A stretch of 58,559 nt of DNA, the filler included, from Sphacelaria rigidula (lineage: Eukaryota): NCBI GenBank assembly GCA_964200075.2. It is 3 parts of 3 records of this genome, joined end to end, with 100 filler letters (N's around TTAATTAATTAA, not from the genome) between each part and the next. Parts side by side here need not be neighbours in the genome. Positions count along the whole stretch, not along the records: positions 39,116 to 58,559 come from CAXNAA020000669.1; 2 more parts are not named here. One strand, written 5' to 3'. Every line of letters starts with the position of its first letter. Positions within the stretch are counted from its first letter, which is position 1. The position numbers were made by a program, and so were the translations under genes. Of the stretch, positions 50,786-58,559 are shown piece after piece. Below the pieces are notes generated by a model. That model was given only the letters and a program-made list of their open reading frames with translations, did no database searches and had not been told where the DNA came from.

Positions 50786-51998
50786 TACGCAGTTTGTAAA
50801 ATTCCCTGTTTATTCCGAATGATTCCGACATCCGTTCGTTCCCGAACAAAACGTTTGCACCCATTTTTCAAATACACTGGCCCAACGTTACCGGTACTGT
50901 AACTTCATAGTGAGAATCGCGGTTGTACACCACCACGAGCGAGCGAATATGTCCATACGCCCGCCGCGTGAAAGATGTGAGAGGTCCCCTTGCTACCGTA
51001 ATTTTGCCCAGAACACGACCGCAGCCCGTCAGCTCTGGCATAACAATGATCTGTTTTCGGGTATGACAGTTTGCGGAATGTCACGACGCTCATGAGGCAT
51101 GTATCGGCCATCAACTGACCAAAATCCGCCTACATAGGCCGTATATGATCACCGTTGAACTTCGCCAACGCCGACTCCGAGCTTTGCTGAGCAATCGCTG
51201 CACCCTGCCCGCTGTGCCAATTGTGGCGTAGACGGAAGCTTCGCATCTGCAGTCGTCTACAGTCTACGCAAATTGGAGGGCTGAATGCTCCGGATAACGT
51301 CCCCCGCCTGCCTACAAGCCCCGGCGTTCTCGGAAAGAGACCGAAGGTTCAGAAGTATCCCGTGCATCGAATGATTGTACTTTCTTATCTTGCAAGGCGA
51401 CAAACCGATTGACAGCGTCGCGCCATAGATTTCGATAATATCGAGGTTGGATAAGGGGGTGCTATACACCGAATGTGCCGCAAAAAATCCGGTGGAACTG
51501 TACTGCCTGTACGGAGGCTTGTCGCGGTGCTCAGGCAGAACACCGTTCGCCAGATGTTCTATATGTGTCGGACACGCTGAAGAGTTTACACAATTTGTCT
51601 CTGTGGTATGGTTGTACCCTCTCTGATTTTTCTGGTCAGGGTCATTTTGGGGGTTCAGCCGAAGATCCGACACCGGGCAAGCAACCCCCAAGCGGGAACC
51701 GTGCGAGTGTCAACATGATAAATGGAGACCAACTAGAAGAATAAACGCTCCTTCTCTCGGCGAAAGTCATTTGTGGTCAGCTGCAACCATATTGATGGGA
51801 TACTGTACCGCCCCGTCAAAAGTGTGGCGGCACAACCTGGCGCGTCATGGAATACCGTTCGACCTGAAGACTCGGTCGTGCGACCCAAGTATATTCTGTA
51901 TCCCTAAACGCACACCATCCCCTCGAATACTGGACAACACGATCACCGCATCATGAGGCATAGGTTCTCTTCAAACGTCATAACACTTCATATACAAC

Positions 51999-52244
51999 CT
52001 ACTGTACATGTGTCATGACATTTGGTTCTCTCCAAGTAATTGACGGCCACAAGATCTCCGAAAATCTCCGAAAACGCCATCGAGCGGCCCAACTGGTGTG
52101 TCCTGCGCGTCCGGTGAGGCCGTTCGGCCGGAGGGGTATACAGTATCTGACCCAAATTCCTACATTCCTCGATCGCTTCACGCGAGTTCGGCCCAAGTTG
52201 GCGTACCCAGCTCCATCGGGCCTGCTTTGCCAATTCGTGTGCAC
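51999..52244 (-). pseudogene. decayed LTR-retrotransposon (Copia-like) integrase core fragment
   Basis: SRPDGAGYA...GIWVRYCIPLRPNGLTGRAGHTSWAAR...ILWP resembles rve RSD.G.EY...GI......P..PQ.NG.AER..RT...AR......LW. The catalytic Glu is replaced by Gly. Confidence 0.5.
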
Positions 52245-52363
52245 ATCTGTCGTGCTTTATCAACCTGCAGCAATCTGCTAAAGGCGTTCACCCAGCCTGT
52301 ACCTGTTATTAGAAGATACATCCGCGGCTGCGTTGGTTTGTTTCACGCCCGGCGAAACTGGCC

Positions 52364-52569
52364 ATGGTATCTTCGTATTATGTGGATCGGCTTGTAGTGG
52401 CTGCAGCACTCCTCACTACCGCTGGCATCACGTGCATGCCAACTGCGGAAGCGGCGATTGTCGAGGCATCGACGTTGACCACAGTCGCTGTGGAGGCACC
52501 TCTGTACGACGCTGCGCTAGGGGCTCAGAACGGTTGCGATCCTGTTGGCTGTGTCGGCAACTTGACACG
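52364..52569 (+). CDS. secreted Cys-containing discoidin/F5-8-like repeat protein, exon 1 (signal peptide)
   Basis: MVSSYYVDRLVVAAALLTTAGITCMPTAEA has a hydrophobic core and an A-X-A site, followed by ...LYDAALGAQNGCDPVGCVGNLTR. Donor CG|GTGGGT. Confidence 0.78.
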
Positions 52570-53291
52570 GTGGGTGTAGGTTCACGATGAAGATTGCGGT
52601 ATGGATCTTGTGCAGTTTGATTATGATGTTTCCTTCGCTACACCTATGGACGTCTTGACATGATAAGGACAATACGCAGATCAGAGGCAGACAGTAACGC
52701 GCTGGCAGCGTGTTCAAGCAGCCGTAACCATACACGCAAAGGATGAGCAAACTGCATATACGATTCCTGGGCGAATGCGACGTACAGTACTACTCGACAT
52801 TTTGATTGATGAGAGGAATGCGCCGGTGAAAGTCTATACTGTGCTGTACTACAGTGCCTGCCTTCGACCAGCGTTCATGTACCCACAGATACGAGCCAAG
52901 CCGGGTATTTGATCTACATTCTCGCGTGGAGCAGGTTGCTTTGGGTAAACATCTGATGCAAACGCATTGGTCCCTCGGTGCTGCGAATGTTCTTCAAGTG
53001 TACCGTTGGTTATCGCACCTCGGCCAGCTAGCTCCCACGGCCTTGCGCGCATACATCGCTGCATTTACGTGCGTGCATACCGATGTGCAGCGTTGAGTAA
53101 TTATGCTAACATTTACTTGTTCGGGATCAACCGTAATCATACTGACGACGAACGTTTTCGAAAACTTACCCGATGTGAATAAATGCAATTTCGAAAGGCG
53201 TACAAGCAACTTGTACAATTGTATTACCACATAGTCATCCTCAGCAGGTGAAGTCCAATGTAGCCAAAGTGCGAGCAACGGTGATATTCTC

Positions 53292-53438
53292 GAAGATTTA
53301 CATCAATCAAGTCTTGAAGATTTGCAGCAATCAAGTCTTGAAGATTTGCAGCATTCAAGTCTTGAAGATTCGCATGAATCAAGTCTTGAAGATTTGCATC
53401 AATCAAGTTTTGAAGATTTGCATCGATCGAGTCTAGAA
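53292..53438. repeat. intronic 24-bp tandem repeat, about 6 units
   Basis: Unit AATCAAGTCTTGAAGATTTGCA(G/T)C, containing the dyad TCAAG-T-CTTGA. Confidence 0.9.
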
Positions 53439-54597
53439 CAGTCGTCGGCTGCGAGTAGCTGCTGCTCGGCGACGGCAGTAGAGTCAAGCACGGGCAACGA
53501 ATAATGCGTGCCCGGAAACAGATGTGCTCCAAGACGCGGTCTTATGGCAACGCGTTTCATTTTAGTGACAGATTAACGGGTTATCGACACGTACGGCCCC
53601 TACGGTTGAGAACACTCCGCTAGAGGGGGCAACTGTCCCGGGAACACAGTGGATGGTGTTGAAAATATTGGTTCGTGTGGCACTGTCTCACTAGATGGTA
53701 TAGCAGAGGCTCGCACAGTAGCGGTAAAGCTACGTCACGAGGTGCAGCGAAGAAAAGGCCGGATGATTTTCTGGGGCACTTCTGGCCGAAACAAGATCGA
53801 ACAGCCTCTTTTGCACGCACAGAGATGGAGGGGAAAGTGGGTAAGCATGGGAGAGTGAGAGCGGTAGCGATCGAGATCAAGCCTCAACACTGATCACTTT
53901 TTGGAACAAAACCAATCCTGCACACGTACGTCCAACGAAGCTATATCATCTTGTTCAACTGTCACTGCTGCTGACATGATAGCCTTGCCAGCTCTTAGCT
54001 GAGATCAACTGCAATTTTTCATACAAGATATCTTTCATCTTACGCGACCTAGATACTTTGCTAGAGTATCTTTCATTGGCAAATCATCGCAACACGCCTA
54101 CTCCAGCAATATCCTACTTGGAACGTCATTCAAAGAAGTAGATGATAAATTACCGCAAAAGAGGTACACTCCGTGAAAAAGAAACATGGTTCGTGATTGT
54201 CTTTGCTGCAACGACGTCTTTCGAACGCAATTAGTATAAACTGTATCATTTAGACTCGCAACGGGTGGCAGGCACATTTCCATCAGACGTTGAAAAGGAC
54301 AGACACTCGCTTGTCTTATTCAACTTCCCAGTAAAGGCAAACATACAGCGGCTGCGTAAAAGCAAAGGGTTTTATCCCAAGCAAAGGACAACCACAGCTT
54401 CGATACTGCTTGTGACAACGCGTAGGGTCAATTGAAACAGCACAAAGACATGAAGCATTTACCAGTCACTTGCTTCCCGCCAAATAACTGGTATCATACA
54501 TCCGTGGGCAGCCATACGCGAACCAAAAGTAGTCCCCCTTGCTATGTATACATCGAAGTACTCCCTCCCCTCGCTCATGGTGTCGGGTCCATTACAG

Positions 54598-54722
54598 GGA
54601 TGGCGACGCTGTGGGTGATCAGTCGCGCTGGTCGTGCAAGCCCGCACTTGATGCCGCCGGCTCGTCGTGTTCTATCACCTACACCCTCGGTGACGAGTTC
54701 ATTGTGGAAGCTCTGGAGATTG
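54598..54722 (+). CDS. secreted repeat protein, exon 2
   Basis: TTACAG| acceptor and G|GTGAGT donor. DGDAVGDQSRWSCKPALDAAGSSCSITYTLGDEFIVEALEI contains a DG....SRWS motif like that of F5/8 type C (discoidin/CBM32-like) domains. Confidence 0.82.
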
Positions 54723-56086
54723 GTGAGTCATTCGTTGTTGACATCGCTGCAGATGCGCACACCCACCTACCCGGTCATGTGGCAACTGGCAACGATACCC
54801 TTTCAACAAGTCAATAGCCCTGGGATCAACGTTTGAACCTGCCCCCATGGTAGACGCAATACTTATTCGGATTTTCGCCCCATACCACACGACGACGGAA
54901 GTCATAATCACTTGTTTGAGGATCGCAGGCGTCCCCAGGGGACAGTGGGAACATTTCCCCGTTTCCACGTAAAAGACGTCGCTGCAATTGGAAAACGCGA
55001 CGCAGATGAGAGAGCCTGCCCCGGAGGCTGCGGTTCGCCCGTCCGATGTACAGTATGTATAAACAACCTGCAATTGACTAAAATAATACCGCCATCGCTA
55101 TGAGACATGCAGCGGCTTGGTGTATCGACCACGACTGGGGGTGTCCGCAGCATTCGTTTTTCATTCAATAACCCCCGGCATGTTGATAACATTCCCAGGG
55201 TGCGGCACGTTTTGGTCGTGCTCGACCCCGGCCCCAGTGTATCGGCACCACGTTGTATATTCCACGCATTTGACACCCCCCGGGCCATCCGTAAAAACGG
55301 GGCATTCGTATTCAACGGAGGGCGCTCGTAGACTGACATACAGTACTGACCGCAAGGCCCTCTTACTGCAGAAATCTAGGACTGGGCATAGCGTGGTCCT
55401 ACCTGCTGTGGTAGTCTACGAGACAGACTGGACCATACTCAGGAATTGGGCCCCACGTGGTCTGTTCGTGTGTAGTGACGTGAAAACGCCACCGCCGGCC
55501 GTAGGCGTTTGCATGACAACCAAACACCAGATCCCGCTGCAAGAAAGACCCCGGGTGAAGTAGAACTTCCTAGTGTACTGCACCTTGGGTGGCTTTCATC
55601 CCTTTCGATGCTCATTCTTTCGGGAGTACCCCCACGCACGATTGGACGGAAAGGCAGCGAAGCATGAGAACACAGCATAAACGTCAAAAACACCAGTCGC
55701 CGTGTCAGCTGAATGCGTTCCTGGGTGCAACTGCCGCTGGAGTGAGTAGATGGAGAAGTTTTCTTTTGATGTTGACCACCGCGTCCCGACAGCTACCCTC
55801 AAATTCAAGCTGTGCACTAACCCCTAGGATGAGATTAGATCAAATTGCCGAGAATCGAGCTGCAAGCTACATCCCTGGCCCAGGAGTGTGTCCCGCTACT
55901 CGTTCTACGAATCCCCATCTGAGTGGCGCGTGTCGGGTTCAAATCATCCACTATTCGTGTCGCGTATTGTTCCGTAGCTTGGCAACGACGAACCGTTTGA
56001 TTCCAAATGCGGACTCCTGTGTGCGGTTTACCATCTACGTTCTCCCCTCATTAATACGATATCATCTTGAATCACCCACCGAGCAG

Positions 56087-56277
56087 CACTGCGTAACGGA
56101 GATACGCAGACCAGACACCTAGAAATCTACATCGACGGCAACCTCTTCGGATTTTGGAGTTCAGGCAATACAGCAGATTTCGAAAGAGTGAATATCACTG
56201 GAACACGGGGGCAGACCGTGGAGCTACGGCAGGTACCCGGAGACCAGGGCGCGGAGGAGTGGATCAGCATAATGGAG
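56087..56277 (+). CDS. secreted repeat protein, exon 3
   Basis: GAGCAG| acceptor and GAG|GTACCT donor, phase 1 in and phase 0 out. Encodes ALRNGDTQTRHLEIYIDGNLFGFWSSGNTADFERV...WISIME, the C-terminal half of the beta-sandwich module. Confidence 0.8.
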
Positions 56278-57524
56278 GTACCTCGGACGAAATGGCCTCG
56301 CTTGTACTTGTTTAACGACCATGGCATAGAGGAAGTACGGCCTTGCCGCAGTCTCGGAAGGCAAATATGTCAGTATCAATGTCCTGTGCGGCAGTGAGTT
56401 AATAGTCGTCGATAAGTTCAAGCAGGTATGCTTGCAGATAAGGTGCCGGTAGTTGAGGTCTCGATGAAACAGATGCGGCCTCGTCGTGTGACGCTTGAGC
56501 GCATACAACGGTTTCCGAGATAAAGCGAAGGCCTTTCCACATTTCCCTGAGATGTTCAGAAATGATAGGGACAAATACCTCAAGAAAAAACATGAACACC
56601 AATCAGTGACCGTCTGGTGAGGAGCCTTATTTGCCGCTTGACTTGCGAGTGCTGACTATACGCAGATTTACCGGGTCTCCGATGCTCCGCCGGTGTGACT
56701 CACTCAATGCTGCTGTGTTTCGCCTCGATCCTTGCGCCCATCTTCCTGTGGTGACAGGGAAGCCAATGCAATGATATCGACTAGGAATGTCCCATGGTAA
56801 ATGCTTCGGTGGGAATTCTTCGACGATTTCGTCAGCTACTGTACTTGCACATTGTACAGCCGACAGAAGGGGATAAAGACGAGGTTCTCGTACCCCATGA
56901 GCACCGTCTTATCTGATGCAGGGATTTCATGGCGCTTTTGCGGATCTAGATGCAGCTGCATTCATTTTTGACAAAGAAATGCCGGTTCACGACCTTTTAC
57001 GTACGACGTTTTCCGTTTTTGTTTTTTGCGATAACTTGCATGACTACGTTTCCCACGCTGGGTAATTTTCATACTTAGATTTGAAACATATTCACACCCC
57101 AACATTAATGCGGCTGCTTGCTTCATTCAGCTGCGCTGAAGTGTGGCTTTGCTACTGCACACTCCACAACTGCACGGTGTTGCCAGGTAATTTGCTGTTG
57201 TGCAGGATGGTTATGATAGTGCCGGGCACTTGATGGGCTACTATGACGTATTCAAATGGGATGTGAAACGTAGCGAGTAGCTCAATACTCTCAACAGCTA
57301 AACTGTCGTCGTGTACTATCACCGGCGAAACTTGGAGAACAGGCGAAAACATGCCAAGAATCGAAAAATGAATCCCAGTATTCAAAACATGCCTGATGCT
57401 CACACGTTCACCGAAGCTTACGCTTTGTGCCGCCGTGTTCTGTATGGCATAGATCCATGAGTCAGCCGACAGCAACCCTCATTGCCGTCATGGTGTGCGC
57501 ATTTCCACCGCGTTACCGGCAAAG

Positions 57525-57686
57525 GTCGAGATTCTGGTCGACGACGGTAGCTACCTGCCCGTACCTGACAACGTCGTGGAGGCCGGTACCCTCGGCATGG
57601 TTCTAACAAAAGCGGACATCTTCGACGAAAGGATCGAGGCCGACGGCGGTTGTCCTCCTGACGGCTGCAGGGGATCAAACACAAGA
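57525..57686 (+). CDS. secreted repeat protein, exon 4 (gene continues beyond the window)
   Basis: AAAG| acceptor and AGA|GTGAGC donor. VEILVDD...VEAGTLG...IFDERIEADGGCPPDGCRGSNTR repeats the exon-1 module start. Confidence 0.8.
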
Positions 57687-58559
57687 GTGAGCGCGCTACA
57701 AAACAATCATACGAATGATACCCACAACCGATCGGTGCAGAAAACAGCAGACGGGTGGCAAAACTGACCAAAAAGAGTCAAGAGAATGCCTGAAAAGCGG
57801 GGCTCTGGTTGTGTTCGTACTCGCCGATTGAACAATGTCAAAGTTCGGCGGCGGCGCAAGGTCCGATAAGGCATTTGCTTCAGCTTTGCATATCCTTGGA
57901 TGACGTCAATGGATTGGGGGCTTCGACATATCAACATTCCTTTCTGCTTTGCCGTGTTTGATATACCGCACACCCGGCACCGTGGGTTTATACAATTACC
58001 TACCTTCCTTCTTTTCTTTTTTCAAGTTTCCCCCTTTTGTCGAGTTGCCTTGAGCGAGTTGTTTTGTTATTTTCCGTAGGTTAGTCTGTGTTTTGATCAC
58101 GACTCGCTCATTTGTTCCCGTTTTGTTTAGACTAAAAGCTCCCTCTAGGTGCTGTTCTGTCTTCAGGTCAAGTATATCGTATTGTACTGCACTTTCACAC
58201 CATAAAACCTCACAGTAAACCTCACCGTGCTCTTTGTAGGACGGATCAACCACGGGGCCGTCCCGCTGGTCGTGCACACCCACACTCGGCGGCACGTGCA
58301 TCATCTCTTACGACCTCGGAGCTGTGCGCGATCTTGCGGAGCTCCGCATATGTAAGATGCACGAACTTCGGTAATATCGGGGGATGTCTCCACTTCCTCA
58401 ATGCTCTGGTATGCAATCGGGGCTTCAGGGCAACAACAGATCAACGATGCTAACAGACAGAATGAACTCGCATCACTTACGCATAGAACCCTCCAAGCGT
58501 CGGACAAATAATGATTCGTCTGGAAATCACTTGGTTTTAGTATGATGAGTCGACTCATG

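Overview
Eukaryotic nuclear DNA that looks like a brown alga (Phaeophyceae). This is inferred from the long GT-AG introns, TTAGGG-type repeats, the repeat families and the gene families. Two N-runs enclosing TTAATTAATTAA (19466-19565, 39016-39115) look like artificial contig linkers, so the window is probably three joined segments. Genes reconstructed by hand: (1) a complete six-exon TEX10/Ipi1 (rixosome subunit) homologue on the minus strand, 25024-36252, about 1176 aa; (2) the long low-complexity first exon of an unknown gene, head-to-head with it and only 159 bp away (36412-37869); (3) the last four exons of a beta-helix-like protein (39237-42227); (4) the first four exons of a secreted protein built from repeated Cys-containing discoidin/F5-8-like modules (52364-57686, continuing past the window). 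Genes 3 and 4 may be tandem members of one family with phaeovirus (EsV-1) relatives, which is recalled and unverified. Most of the rest is transposon-derived: TIR non-autonomous elements and MITEs, two long fold-back palindromes, a TIR element filled with 41-bp dyad repeats, tRNA-derived SINEs, a probable LTR, and decayed Pif1-helicase and Copia-integrase fragments. I found no CRISPR array, rRNA or intact tRNA. I cannot demonstrate a new biological system from sequence alone.
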